Assembly (NCBI GenBank): GCA_964393975.1
Contig: CAYMVO010000003.1
Coordinates: forward strand, 11,760 to 75,759
Direction of reading: 5' to 3'
Origin: an uncultured Lachnospiraceae bacterium
Lineage (GTDB): Bacteria > Bacillota > Clostridia > Christensenellales > UBA1242
Length of the DNA stretch: 64,000 nt
The translations under genes were made by a program, and so were the position numbers. Within the stretch, counting starts at the first letter, position 1, and each line of letters begins with the position of its first letter. This document shows positions 10,783 through 20,989 of this stretch, piece by piece. Under the pieces are notes generated by a model. That model was given only the letters and a program-made list of their open reading frames with translations. It was not told where the DNA came from and made no database searches.

Positions 10783-13425
10783 ATGATAAAGAGTGACCTT
10801 TCGCCGATGATGCAACACTATATGTCTCTAAAGGAGGAGTATCAAGACTGTATCATTATGTATAGACTTGGCGATTTTTACGAGATGTTTTTTGATGATG
10901 CAAAGATTGTATCAAAGGAGTTAAATCTTGTGCTGACGGGTAGAGATTGCGGTCTTAGTGAGAGGGCTCCGATGTGTGGCGTTCCGGCGCACGCTATAGA
11001 TAGTTATTTGTCAGATTTGGTGGCTAAGGGGTACAAGGTAGCGATTTGTGAACAGTTGAGCGCACCACAAAAGGGAGCAATGGTAAAGCGTGATGTCGTA
11101 CGAGTGGTTACGCCAGGTACGGTCATTGAGACAGAGATTTTAGACGCTAATAAAAATAATTACATAGCGTGTATTGATTGTGAAAAGGGTGAGTGCGGAC
11201 TAGCGTATCTAGATATTAGTACGGGTGCCTTTTATGCGAAGGAGTTTGTTGGGGAGTACTTAACTGAGCTCAATGATGAACTGCTTAGGATACAACCCGC
11301 TGAGGTGATATGCAATCAATACACCGTTGATATATCCGGTAGTTTAGGTGGCGTAGTTTTGGGTAGTTTGCCAAAATTTTTCAAATATTTTGATTGGGCT
11401 TTTCAAAATGAGACTGCCATAAATATGATTTTGAAACAATACAATATAAAAGATATAAAAAGTACGGATATTTATGAGAAAAAATGCGTCATAGGTGCGT
11501 GCGGTGCCTTGCTTGAGTACATTAAAAATACTCAAAAGCGTGACTTGACACATATAAAACCTATTACGCTTTTGAGAGATGATGCGTTTATGTACTTAGA
11601 CGCAAACGCTAGGCGAAATCTAGAACTCGTCACCACTATGCGTGACAACAAGAAAAAGGGCTCTCTTTTGGATGTTTTGGATGACACCAAGACAAAAATG
11701 GGAGCGAGGTATTTAAGGACGCTTATAGAGCAACCATTAAGGAGTGCTAAAGAAATCAATTTGCGTCTAGATGCGGTAGAGGAACTGATAAAAAACATTA
11801 TCCAAAAAGAAGCCTTAAAGGAGACTCTTAAGGATATCATTGATATTGAGAGAGTGAGTAGCAAGCTATCTTATAATACGATTTTACCTATTGATTGCGT
11901 GAGACTAAAAAAGGCATTATCTAAGATTATGGATTTAAAACTTATACTCACAAAGTTTAAATCACCTCTTTTAGTAGATATAAATAATAATATTGCCGAT
12001 TTTAACGCTTTGATAAAGATACTAGAAGACTCATTAGATGAGAAAAAGACTATTGATGATTTGGATGACACAAACCTAACAAAGCGAGAAAAAGCTAAGC
12101 GTGTGCCACCGCTCATTATAAAGAACGGATACAATTCACAACTAGATGAATATCGCAATATGCGTAATAATAGCTTGAGTTACATTCAAAACCTTGAGGT
12201 CGTAGAAAAACAAAAAACGGGACTAGATTTAAAAATCAGTTTTAATAACGTATACGGATATTATATAGAAATAGGTAAGGAATACGCATCAAAAGTGCCG
12301 TTTAGATATGTGAGAAAGCAAACCGTTTCAGGCAAAGATAGATATGTGACGGAAGAACTAAGAGAACTAGAAAATAGGCTTGTAGATGCGGAAGATTTGG
12401 CTAACGAACTAGAAAAAACACTTTATGAAAACATAAAGAAGATCTTGAGGGAAAACTTTAAAGTGTTTCTAAAGACGGCAGAGCAAGTCGCTCTTTTGGA
12501 TGTGCTCGTTAGTTTTGCTAGTGTGTCAACAAAATACAATTATTCAAAACCCGAAATCAATGATAGTCTAACCGAATTGGATATAAAAGAGGGTAGGCAC
12601 CCAGTGGTCGAGTCTTTAAACCGTTCGGATAATTTTGTGCCAAACGATATATTTTTGGATGATAGGGACAATCGTATTATGATAATCACAGGTCCTAATA
12701 TGGCGGGTAAAAGCACGTATATGAGGCAGACGGCTATTATAGCTCTAATGGCGCATATAGGGTGTTTTGTCCCTGCGAAATCTGCTAAGGTACCTATTTT
12801 TGATAGGATATTCACCCGAGTAGGTGCTAGTGATGACCTTGCTTTTGGTCAAAGTACTTTTATGGTGGAAATGAGTGAGGTGAGCAACATTTTAAATAAT
12901 GCTACAGACAAGAGTCTAGTCATACTAGATGAGGTGGGTAGAGGGACTGCGACTTATGATGGTCTTAGTATAGCGTGGTCAATAATGGAGTATATATCTA
13001 AAAACCTCAAGTGCAAGACTCTTTTTGCGACGCATTATCACGAACTCACAGATCTAGAAAATATGCTAGAGGGTGTGAAAAATTACCGTATTAGTGTAAA
13101 AGAATTTAATAATAACATCATATTTTTGAGAAAAATTGTGCGTGGTGGTGCAAATCGTAGTTTTGGTATAGAGGTCGCACAACTTGCTGGTTTACCTAAT
13201 ATTGTTATTCAAAGGGCGAAAGAAATCTTGTCGCTTTTGCAAGTAAATGAAAGGACAAATCTCAAAAATGTTTGTGAGAACGCTTTACCTCAAGAGTTTG
13301 AGAATGGGAGCAAAGAGGATAATCAAATAAAGCAGATTTTAAAGGATATTGATATAAATAATCTTACACCATTTATGGCAATGGAAGTTTTGAATAATTT
13401 GTTAGAAATTATAAATAAAAAATAG
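10783..13425 (+). CDS. mutS: DNA mismatch repair protein MutS
   Basis: GDFYEMFF, PMCGVP, TGPNMAGKSTY, STFMVEM, LDEVGRGT, ATHYHEL. Confidence 0.98.
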   Translation: MIKSDLSPMMQHYMSLKEEYQDCIIMYRLGDFYEMFFDDAKIVSKELNLVLTGRDCGLSERAPMCGVPAHAIDSYLSDLVAKGYKVAICEQLSAPQKGAMVKRDVVRVVTPGTVIETEILDANKNNYIACIDCEKGECGLAYLDISTGAFYAKEFVGEYLTELNDELLRIQPAEVICNQYTVDISGSLGGVVLGSLPKFFKYFDWAFQNETAINMILKQYNIKDIKSTDIYEKKCVIGACGALLEYIKNTQKRDLTHIKPITLLRDDAFMYLDANARRNLELVTTMRDNKKKGSLLDVLDDTKTKMGARYLRTLIEQPLRSAKEINLRLDAVEELIKNIIQKEALKETLKDIIDIERVSSKLSYNTILPIDCVRLKKALSKIMDLKLILTKFKSPLLVDINNNIADFNALIKILEDSLDEKKTIDDLDDTNLTKREKAKRVPPLIIKNGYNSQLDEYRNMRNNSLSYIQNLEVVEKQKTGLDLKISFNNVYGYYIEIGKEYASKVPFRYVRKQTVSGKDRYVTEELRELENRLVDAEDLANELEKTLYENIKKILRENFKVFLKTAEQVALLDVLVSFASVSTKYNYSKPEINDSLTELDIKEGRHPVVESLNRSDNFVPNDIFLDDRDNRIMIITGPNMAGKSTYMRQTAIIALMAHIGCFVPAKSAKVPIFDRIFTRVGASDDLAFGQSTFMVEMSEVSNILNNATDKSLVILDEVGRGTATYDGLSIAWSIMEYISKNLKCKTLFATHYHELTDLENMLEGVKNYRISVKEFNNNIIFLRKIVRGGANRSFGIEVAQLAGLPNIVIQRAKEILSLLQVNERTNLKNVCENALPQEFENGSKEDNQIKQILKDIDINNLTPFMAMEVLNNLLEIINKK

Positions 13426-13434
13426 GAGGTATTT

Positions 13435-15345
13435 ATGGGTAAAATAAATTTGCTAGATAGTTCAGTGTATAATCATATTTCCGCGGGCGAAGTGGTGACA
13501 AACCCTTCTGCCGTCGTAAAGGAACTAGTGGAAAATAGTATCGACGCTGGCGCCGATAAGATTACCATAGAGGTTGAGGGCGGTGGAATAACTAAAATTC
13601 GTGTAATAGATAATGGCTCAGGTATGGAAAAAGATGATGTGAAAAAAGCGTTTTTGTCTCATGCGACTAGCAAAATTAGTAATATTGATGATATTTTTCA
13701 TATTTCTACGCTTGGCTTTAGAGGCGAAGCGCTCGCTAGTATTGGTGCTGTTAGTAAGGCAAATATTGTGACCAAAACGCGCGATACTGATACAGGTGTT
13801 TCTTTGTCTGTAGAGGGTGGGGTGTTTGGAGATGTTACGGAATGTGCGAGCACCGATGGTACTTCTGTGACGGTTACTAATTTATTTTACAATACACCTG
13901 CGAGGTTAAAGTTTTTGAAAGCTACTAGGTTTGAACAGAGTGATATAAATAAGGTCGTTTCTAGATTTATACTAGGACATCCACAAATAAGTTTTACATA
14001 TTTAGTAGACGGTGAATTGTTTTATCAATCATCTAGCGGTACTTTGTTCGATGCTATATATTCGGTTTATGGTGCTGAGTTTTTGCAGGAAATGTTTAGT
14101 ATGGATATTAAAGAGAACGGCATTCATTTGAGCGGGTATATATGTACACCCTTAGGTACAAAAAATAGTAATAGTTGGCAAAATACTTTTGTAAATGGTC
14201 GCTGGGTGGAGTCTAAAAGTATAAGTACTGCTTGCTTTAACGCTTATAGTAATTATGTTATGAAAAATAAATATCCATCTTACATATTAAATATAGAAAT
14301 TGATCCTCGTGATGTTGATATAAACGTGTCTCCGCAAAAGACCGAGGCAAAGTTTGTGCGTGATGTCGATGTGTTAAATTTGACGTATAAGGGCGTGGCG
14401 CTTGCTTTGGCAAAGCACGAGAAAGAACAAGAAGAAAAAGAAAACGTTGAAAGATTGGGTGCTACACCGACTATTGATAAGGACGAAAAGGTCGTTATAA
14501 ATGCAAATAGTTTCAATCCAAATTTGTTTGAGTGCGATAAACCAAGTGAAAAGCCGATAAGTGTAACGGTAGAGGAGCAACCTGAAAGTCATTTAAATGA
14601 TACAACAGTTCAAATCTTTGAGGGATATAACGAGGTTAAAAAGGTAGAAGATATAAAGCCTGTATCAAAAATTGTCTTTAACTCACCATCAAGCGTAATG
14701 AGTGAGGTTATGAAAATGGAGGCGGATAAAATCCATAAAACACTTAGTCAAAGTACATTTTTAGAGGAGGATGAACCTTTTAAAATAGTTGGTGTCGCAT
14801 TTACTACGTATATAATAGTTGAGTCGGGCGAGCAATTGTATTTTATTGACCAACACGCCGCTCATGAGAGGGTGCTTTATGATAAGTTTGTGGCGGAGGT
14901 AAAGTCGGGTGACGTACATTCGCAACCGCTACTGATTCCGTTTACGTTAAATACAAGTTATGCTGAAAGTGAATTTTTAGAAAAATACAAGAGTGAATTG
15001 TCATCTATGGGGTTTGAAATTGATGTGTTTGGAAATAATGCTTATAAGATATCCGCTGTTCCAGAGATTTTGAGTGATTTAGATCTAAATATCTTTTTTA
15101 GAGATATATTTAGTGAATTGAATTATCTTACAAATCAAAATGAATTGATTAAAGACAAAATAGCGACCAAAGCGTGTAGGAGCGCTATCAAAGCGGGTGA
15201 TAAAATAGGTGATGATGAGATTGCGTTGTTGATAAAAATGGTAAATAGTAGCGATAGTCCTTTGCAATGCCCACACGGCAGACCTTTTGTCGTGAAAGTC
15301 ACCAAGACAGAACTAGAAAAGTGGTTTAAAAGGATAGTATGTTAG
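13435..15345 (+). CDS. mutL: DNA mismatch repair endonuclease MutL
   Basis: ISAGEVV, VKELVENSIDA, LGFRGEALASI, endonuclease motif DQHAAHERVLYD, ACRSAIK, CPHGRP. Confidence 0.98.
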   Translation: MGKINLLDSSVYNHISAGEVVTNPSAVVKELVENSIDAGADKITIEVEGGGITKIRVIDNGSGMEKDDVKKAFLSHATSKISNIDDIFHISTLGFRGEALASIGAVSKANIVTKTRDTDTGVSLSVEGGVFGDVTECASTDGTSVTVTNLFYNTPARLKFLKATRFEQSDINKVVSRFILGHPQISFTYLVDGELFYQSSSGTLFDAIYSVYGAEFLQEMFSMDIKENGIHLSGYICTPLGTKNSNSWQNTFVNGRWVESKSISTACFNAYSNYVMKNKYPSYILNIEIDPRDVDINVSPQKTEAKFVRDVDVLNLTYKGVALALAKHEKEQEEKENVERLGATPTIDKDEKVVINANSFNPNLFECDKPSEKPISVTVEEQPESHLNDTTVQIFEGYNEVKKVEDIKPVSKIVFNSPSSVMSEVMKMEADKIHKTLSQSTFLEEDEPFKIVGVAFTTYIIVESGEQLYFIDQHAAHERVLYDKFVAEVKSGDVHSQPLLIPFTLNTSYAESEFLEKYKSELSSMGFEIDVFGNNAYKISAVPEILSDLDLNIFFRDIFSELNYLTNQNELIKDKIATKACRSAIKAGDKIGDDEIALLIKMVNSSDSPLQCPHGRPFVVKVTKTELEKWFKRIVC

Positions 15346-16226
15346 TAGTGATAGCGGGACCGACTGCGGTCGGAAAATCTGACCTTGCGGTAGAGCTAGC
15401 TGAGAAGATAAACGGTGAGATTGTGAGTGCTGACTCTATGCAAATATACAAAGGGTTTGACATAGGGACTGCAAAAATCACGCAAGACGAAATGAAAGGC
15501 ATTCCTCATTATATGATTGATGTTACGAGCAAAGACGCGCCGTTTAGCGTGAGCGATTATAAAAATATGGCGAAACCAATCATTGATGATATTTTAAAGC
15601 GTGGCAAAACGCCGATATTAGTCGGTGGGACAGGGTTATATATTGACGCTATATTACACCCTTTTCAGTTTGGCGGATACGACGAGACAGTAAGACAAAA
15701 GTATAATGATATGTTGGCAAGTATTGGAAAGGAGGCACTTTACGAGATTTTAAAGCAAAAAGCACCCGACAAGGCTAATAAAATACATCCCAACAATACT
15801 AAAAGAGTGGTGCGAGCGTTAGAGACGGCTGAGGTCGGTGGCGGTAATAGTGATGATAAAGTCAAAAATGAATATGATTATATTTATATAGTGCTAAAAA
15901 TGGATAGGGAAGCGCTTTACAACCGCGTAAACAAGCGTGTTGATAAAATGATAGATTTAGGGCTTTGTGATGAAGTGGCTAGACTAAAAGATATCTACCC
16001 TTGGGAGTGCCAAGCGATGCAAGCGATTGGTTATAAGGAGTGGCGTGAGTATTTTTTGGGGCGCGACACTTTGGAAAATGTAAAGGAAAAAATCAAATTA
16101 AACTCAAGACATTATGTAAAAAGGCAACTTACTTGGTTTCGTGCTAAAAGCGAGGCTGTTTGGTTTGACGCATCAAAAAAGGATGAGATTATTGAGTATG
16201 TTGCAAATAAGATGAAAGGAAATTAA
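15339..16226 (+). CDS. miaA: tRNA dimethylallyltransferase
   Basis: GPTAVGKS, DSMQIY, GTAK, GGTGLY, KRQLTWF. Confidence 0.97.
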   Translation: MLVVIAGPTAVGKSDLAVELAEKINGEIVSADSMQIYKGFDIGTAKITQDEMKGIPHYMIDVTSKDAPFSVSDYKNMAKPIIDDILKRGKTPILVGGTGLYIDAILHPFQFGGYDETVRQKYNDMLASIGKEALYEILKQKAPDKANKIHPNNTKRVVRALETAEVGGGNSDDKVKNEYDYIYIVLKMDREALYNRVNKRVDKMIDLGLCDEVARLKDIYPWECQAMQAIGYKEWREYFLGRDTLENVKEKIKLNSRHYVKRQLTWFRAKSEAVWFDASKKDEIIEYVANKMKGN

Positions 16227-16227
16227 T

Positions 16228-17457
16228 ATGGAAAATATAATTGAAAAATCAGAAGAAGAACTAAAAGATTTATATAAAGAATTAGATAAAATAGCAGAGT
16301 ACAATCAAGAAAAAGTCTTGAATGCTTTTAGAAAATATAGAATCAGTGAGAGACATTTTGCACCAACAAATGGTTATGGTTATGGTGATGCCGGTAGAGA
16401 TACGCTGTATAAGGTGGTGGCGGAGATTTTCGGTGCTGAAGACGGTATAATTACACCATATATTGCTTGTGGCTCTCACGCTTTATCGCTTACTTTGTTT
16501 GCGCTTTTAAGGCACGCAGGTCAAAAAATGTTATCTATCACAGGTAAACCTTATGATACGCTTTTAGAGGTCATAAACGGCGTTGAGGGTGAGGATATAG
16601 GAAGCCTTAAAGATTACGGCATTATCTATGAACAAATCGACTTAAATGATAATAAAATAGATTATGTCGCTATTGAAAACGCTTTGAAAAATGGTAAATA
16701 CGATTTGATTTATTTGCAAAGGTCTCGTGGCTATGCGTGGCGTGATGCTTTGTCAATAGCGGAGATAAAGAAAGTTTGCGATTTGGTGCGTGAGTATGAC
16801 AAAGAGGTCGTTATAATGATAGATAATTGCTATGGTGAGTTTTCTGAAATGCTTGAGCCCGTACAAGTCGGCGTAGACGTACAAGTCGGTGCACTCCAAA
16901 AAAATTGCGGTGGCGGTATCGCTCAAAATGGCGGATATATTGTCGGTAAACACAAGATTATTGAGGCAGTCGGTAGGAGACTATTTTCTCCTTCACTTGG
17001 GCTTGAGGTCGGTTCGTATGCTTATGGATATAGAGATTTTTATCACGGCTTGTTTATGGCTCCTCACACTACAAAGCAGGCGCAAATGGGGTGCTTGCTA
17101 ATGGCTAAGACTTTTAGTAAATTGGGATACAAAGCTTTTCCAGACTGCACATATACACCTAGAGATATTGTAGCGAGTATAGAATTAGGTTCTCGTGAAA
17201 AATTGATAAAGTTGTGTCAAATTTTGCAGTCTTATTCACCTGTAGATAGTTTTGTCACCCCAGAACCTTGCCAAATGCCAGGATATCCTAATGAGGTCAT
17301 TATGTCGGCGGGTACCTTTATCTCGGGTGCGACTATTGAGCTTAGTTGTGATGCTCCAGTGCGTCCACCGTACATACTATATGTGCAAGGCGGGTTGACT
17401 TATGAGCATATCAAAATAGTACTAAGACAATTTATAAAAGCATTGCAAAATGAATAA
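16228..17457 (+). CDS. PLP-dependent methionine gamma-lyase-like / aluminium resistance family protein (YnbB-like)
   Basis: GYGYGDAGRD, QRSRGY, DNCYGEF, KNCGGG, AGTFISGATIELSCD, QGGLTY; downstream of miaA as in Firmicutes. Confidence 0.88.
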   Translation: MENIIEKSEEELKDLYKELDKIAEYNQEKVLNAFRKYRISERHFAPTNGYGYGDAGRDTLYKVVAEIFGAEDGIITPYIACGSHALSLTLFALLRHAGQKMLSITGKPYDTLLEVINGVEGEDIGSLKDYGIIYEQIDLNDNKIDYVAIENALKNGKYDLIYLQRSRGYAWRDALSIAEIKKVCDLVREYDKEVVIMIDNCYGEFSEMLEPVQVGVDVQVGALQKNCGGGIAQNGGYIVGKHKIIEAVGRRLFSPSLGLEVGSYAYGYRDFYHGLFMAPHTTKQAQMGCLLMAKTFSKLGYKAFPDCTYTPRDIVASIELGSREKLIKLCQILQSYSPVDSFVTPEPCQMPGYPNEVIMSAGTFISGATIELSCDAPVRPPYILYVQGGLTYEHIKIVLRQFIKALQNE

Positions 17458-17542
17458 TTATATGCTAAAAAGTCGCGGTTTTACGGGCAAAATTGAGGGT
17501 TTTTAAAAAATAAAAAAAATTTTAAAAACTTTGTAAAAGTAG

Positions 17543-17571
17543 TTGACATTTTATGTTTTTTATATTATTAT
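17543..17571 (+). promoter_or_regulatory. SigA promoter of tRNA cluster
   Basis: TTGACA (17543-48), 17-nt spacer, TATTAT (17566-71). Confidence 0.75.
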
Positions 17572-17616
17572 ATAAGAGTCAAAGTAATTAGTGTATTTTA
17601 TATGCTACTTTGATAT

Positions 17617-17692
17617 CGGGGTGTAGCGCAAGTGGTAGCGCATATGGTTTGGGACCATAGGGTTGGGAGTTCGAGTCTCTTCACCCCGACCA
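17617..17692 (+). tRNA. tRNA-Pro(TGG)
   Basis: Cloverleaf CGGGGTG/CACCCCG, anticodon loop TTTGGGA, encoded CCA. Confidence 0.96.
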
Positions 17693-17713
17693 ATAAAGAG
17701 GTGTTCTCTTTAA

Positions 17714-17790
17714 GGACCTTTAGCTCAGTTGGTTAGAGCAACTGGCTCATAACCAGTTTGTCCGGGGTTCGAGTCCCTGAAGGTCCACCA
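17714..17790 (+). tRNA. tRNA-CAT, most likely Ile2 (lysidine-modified)
   Basis: Anticodon loop CTCATAA; acceptor GGACCTT/AAGGTCC and D-arm resemble Bacillus tRNA-Ile2 rather than initiator tRNA; encoded CCA. Confidence 0.88.
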
Positions 17791-17797
17791 TTATTTT

Positions 17798-17874
17798 GGC
17801 CTAGTAGCTCAGTTGGTTAGAGCGCCAGCCTGTCACGCTGGAGGTCGAGGGTTCGAGCCCCTTCTGGGTCGCCA
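17798..17874 (+). tRNA. tRNA-Asp(GTC)
   Basis: Cloverleaf, anticodon loop CTGTCAC, encoded CCA. Confidence 0.96.
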
Positions 17875-17912
17875 ATAATTATGCTAGAAGAATTTTTATA
17901 AAGTTCTTTTAT

Positions 17913-17988
17913 GGCTCGATAGCTCAGTCGGTAGAGCAGGAGACTGAAAATCTCCGTGTCGGTGGTTCGATTCCGCCTCGAGCCACCA
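17913..17988 (+). tRNA. tRNA-Phe(GAA)
   Basis: Cloverleaf GGCTCGA/TCGAGCC, anticodon loop CTGAAAA, CCA. Confidence 0.96.
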
Positions 17989-18015
17989 ATCCTTTCTTTA
18001 AAGGGGTTTAAATAT

Positions 18016-18090
18016 GCTGGTGTGGCTCAATGGCAGAGCAGCTGACTTGTAATCAGCAGGTTGAAGGTTCAACTCCTTTCACCAGCTCCA
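18016..18090 (+). tRNA. tRNA-Thr(TGT)
   Basis: Cloverleaf GCTGGTG/CACCAGC, anticodon loop CTTGTAA, CCA. Confidence 0.96.
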
Positions 18091-18094
18091 TTAT

Positions 18095-18179
18095 GGAGAA
18101 GTACCAAAGCGGCCAACTGGAACAGACTGTAAATCTGTCGGTACTACCTTCGGTGGTTCGAATCCACCCTTCTCCACCA
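18095..18179 (+). tRNA. tRNA-Tyr(GTA)
   Basis: Cloverleaf with long variable arm, anticodon loop CTGTAAA, CCA. Confidence 0.96.
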
Positions 18180-18211
18180 TATATTGTATAATTAAGACTT
18201 TAATGGTTACT

Positions 18212-18246
18212 AGATATAGCGTATATAATGTGCGCTATATCTTTTT
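18212..18246 (+). terminator. Intrinsic terminator after tRNA cluster
   Basis: AGATATAGCG/CGCTATATCT hairpin followed by a T run. Confidence 0.75.
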
Positions 18247-18263
18247 CTATGAAAATTGCAATA

Positions 18264-18290
18264 AAAATGAGAGTCAAAATGAGAGTCAAA
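18264..18290. repeat. Tandem 12-bp repeat (AAAATGAGAGTC)x2
   Basis: Two exact adjacent copies plus AAA, ~85 nt downstream of tRNA-Tyr. Confidence 0.8.
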
Positions 18291-18367
18291 TTTGTGCTTA
18301 ATTACATTATGTAATTATTTATGATTGTATAATAAATGTTGGGGTGGGTAGATAGTTTAATAAAAAA

Positions 18368-18428
18368 GGTTCTATGTCAAAGGTTGGGGGGTAAATAAAA
18401 AATAAATATTTTTGCTATTATTAGTTTG
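18368..18428 (+). repeat. ~60-bp dispersed repeat, copy 1 (IS-end-like GGTTCTATGTCAA...)
   Basis: Aligns with 44065-44124 with a few substitutions and a 1-nt indel. Confidence 0.65.
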
Positions 18429-18553
18429 CTTGTGTGTGGCGAACAAGTTTTTTGTAAATAGAGTAAGTCGTTTTTTATTTTGGTTTTTGTGCTTAAAAAA
18501 AAGTATCTTAGGTGAGTACCTAGGATACTTTTCGTATGTAGTGTTTGAAAATT

Positions 18554-19525
18554 TTATATTTCTGATTGTTTATTTTTTAAAGAATCTTGCCAGTCCTTGA
18601 TTTGTGATTCGATAAGCTCTTTATCTTTATTGAAGGCATCTTTATGATTCTTTAAGATTTCTTTGCCAGCTTCTTGAGCTTCTTTCATAGTGGTCTTAGC
18701 TTTTTCTAAGATTTCTTTGCTCTTTTCTCTGATTTTTTCTACTTCAGCGTCAATCTTTTTCTGTAACTCTGCATTTGCTTTGTTTAGCCCATCTTTTGCG
18801 TTGTCTAATTGCTTTTGAATATTAGTTTTGAGTGAATCAACCTCTATTTTATCAAGTTTGTCTTGTAAAGATGTGATTAATTCGTTGAAGTCTGTAATAG
18901 TCTTGGAAACACCACTTTTCACCAACTCAATAGCTTTCATTAGCTCCGTTCTAAGAGTCACGGCAGTATCTTTCAATTCATCGGTGGTAGTATTGATAAG
19001 ACTCAAAATTTCATCGGTAGTCTTATTTGCATATTCTTTTGATGAAACATTTAAATTGTTAAGTGCTACTTTTAAATCACTACTTATATTAGTGATTGCA
19101 CCAGCGATGATACCATTTTCACTAAAGTATTCGTTGACTTTGTTAGTAACTTTTTCTTTTAATGCTTTGTAATCTTCTGTGTTTTCAGCGTAAATATTTA
19201 CACTCACGGTAGTACCAGTAGTATCTACATTGATGTGTCCTGCTTCGGTGCTAAGCTCCACAAAAAGTTTTGCTGCCTCTTCAGCTGATTTACCCTCAAA
19301 ATTTACATTAGCAACAATCTTTTCGCCGTCTTCATTTAAAACATTTACACCTACAACTTTGTTGCTAGAATTTAAAACAAATTGCACGTTAGGGTTTACA
19401 CTACATTCCATAACTGCTTTCGCATTTTTGTCATTGTTTTTTGCAATGAACATAACACCTACTATCGCAACTACCAAAACTATAGCGATAACGATAGCAA
19501 ATTTCCAACTTTTTGATTTTGTCAT
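18554..19525 (-). CDS. Membrane-anchored protein with RsgI-like juxtamembrane domain and helical C-terminal tail
   Basis: One N-terminal TM, then SVNPNVQFVLN..NKVV.VNVLNEDG, resembling the RsgI INPS.EL...N...V...ALN.DG motif; heptad-rich C-terminus. Confidence 0.6.
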   Translation of the reverse strand: MTKSKSWKFAIVIAIVLVVAIVGVMFIAKNNDKNAKAVMECSVNPNVQFVLNSSNKVVGVNVLNEDGEKIVANVNFEGKSAEEAAKLFVELSTEAGHINVDTTGTTVSVNIYAENTEDYKALKEKVTNKVNEYFSENGIIAGAITNISSDLKVALNNLNVSSKEYANKTTDEILSLINTTTDELKDTAVTLRTELMKAIELVKSGVSKTITDFNELITSLQDKLDKIEVDSLKTNIQKQLDNAKDGLNKANAELQKKIDAEVEKIREKSKEILEKAKTTMKEAQEAGKEILKNHKDAFNKDKELIESQIKDWQDSLKNKQSEI

Positions 19526-19814
19526 ACGACCTCCTAAAAATTCAAATTAATGAAGATTAATTCTTCTGACAAGATTATATAACATTATATTGAAAAAGGC
19601 AATTAAAATATTTAAATTTTTTTAAAAAAAACAATTTGAAAGAGTTATAAATCAATCTTATTTATGCTTTTTTATAGCGAACTATTTGAAAATCTTTATA
19701 TTTTTAATAAAAACTATTGCAATTACTAAATAAATAAGTTATACTACTAATAACAATTAAGCGGTTTTTTAATGGTGGGAGTTATATTGTTAATTTAATA
19801 AGAAAGAGATTGTT

Positions 19815-20753
19815 ATGGGGTTAAGAAATACATTTAAGATACTTTCTTCAAATTTTTCATTGACTTGGAAGAGTGGACTATATAAATTAGTTAGTTTTTT
19901 TGCAATAATTTTTTTGTGTTACATTTTAGTGTCACCGATTTTTACCGAGCTTCAAAGCGCGGATTTAATGGGTAGATTGTATACTCTTTTTGAGGCGCTA
20001 TTTACCTTTGACGGGACTATGCTAACGCAGACTGCTACCAGTATCGCTAGCACACTTAATTCTGTGGTGATGAGCGCATACATTGTAAATATTATACTAA
20101 TGTTTGTATTATTATTTGCGGTGCTACCATTTTTATTTGATTTGTCAAATGTGGCGGAGTGTGATATACTGTACGGGGCAATGAGTTGCAATACAAAGCT
20201 AAATTATATTGCGAGCTTTATGGGATGTTTGCGTGCATCTTTTAAGGTCGCGTTACTCAGACTAGCTATCACTTTCCCATATTCGCTTGTTGTGTTATTC
20301 GTATTGTATGCAATTATTAATATGATACTCATAGGTGGCTTTGTGACATACTTAGCATTATTTTTAGTGATATTTGTATGTGTAGTCGCTATTGCTTTTG
20401 AACGTGCATTAATTGGTTATTTTGCGCCAGCAACTATAATACAAGATATGAAAGCAAAGTGCCTGATAAAGAGAGGATTTTGTCTAAATCTTAGGCAGTT
20501 TGGCAAAAATTTCTCTAGTAATTTTATCTTCTCTATTTGTGCGTTTTTTGTGAATGCGCTTGTGGGGATTTACACTATCGGTGTTGGATTACTCGTCACA
20601 CTACCTAGCAGTCTATTGTGCTATAATATTTTGAGTATGGTGTCATATTGTAACGCTTTTGGTATAAACTATTATGTGTCACCATCCGAGATTGTGTATA
20701 GTAAAAAGTTGGATGAACAACTTAGTCTAAAAGATATGCAATATTTATTGTAA
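19815..20753 (+). CDS. Hypothetical multi-pass membrane protein
   Basis: 312-aa ORF with several hydrophobic segments and genome-typical codon usage. Confidence 0.75.
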   Translation: MGLRNTFKILSSNFSLTWKSGLYKLVSFFAIIFLCYILVSPIFTELQSADLMGRLYTLFEALFTFDGTMLTQTATSIASTLNSVVMSAYIVNIILMFVLLFAVLPFLFDLSNVAECDILYGAMSCNTKLNYIASFMGCLRASFKVALLRLAITFPYSLVVLFVLYAIINMILIGGFVTYLALFLVIFVCVVAIAFERALIGYFAPATIIQDMKAKCLIKRGFCLNLRQFGKNFSSNFIFSICAFFVNALVGIYTIGVGLLVTLPSSLLCYNILSMVSYCNAFGINYYVSPSEIVYSKKLDEQLSLKDMQYLL

Positions 20754-20989
20754 CATTTTTAAAGTGCGTGAAGTTTTGAGCTATTAAAATATGTATTTGA
20801 GTATTTAGCGGAATATTTATGTTGTGCTTTTCTTAACTATGGATAAAAATTGATGTAACATCTAAAAAATAAATCAATAAACATTAAATGCTTATTTATA
20901 AGTTTTGATTGTTTTTAAATCTTGCATAAACGAAAAAAGCCTGAAAGGGCGTTAGTATATTAAATTTTTAAAAAAGGAGAGTTTATTTT

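Noticed and set aside
12030-12120. Short charged insertion in MutS (LDEKKTIDDLDDTNLTKREKAKR)
   Set aside because: Too small and lacking splicing motifs to be an intein; probably a variable loop.
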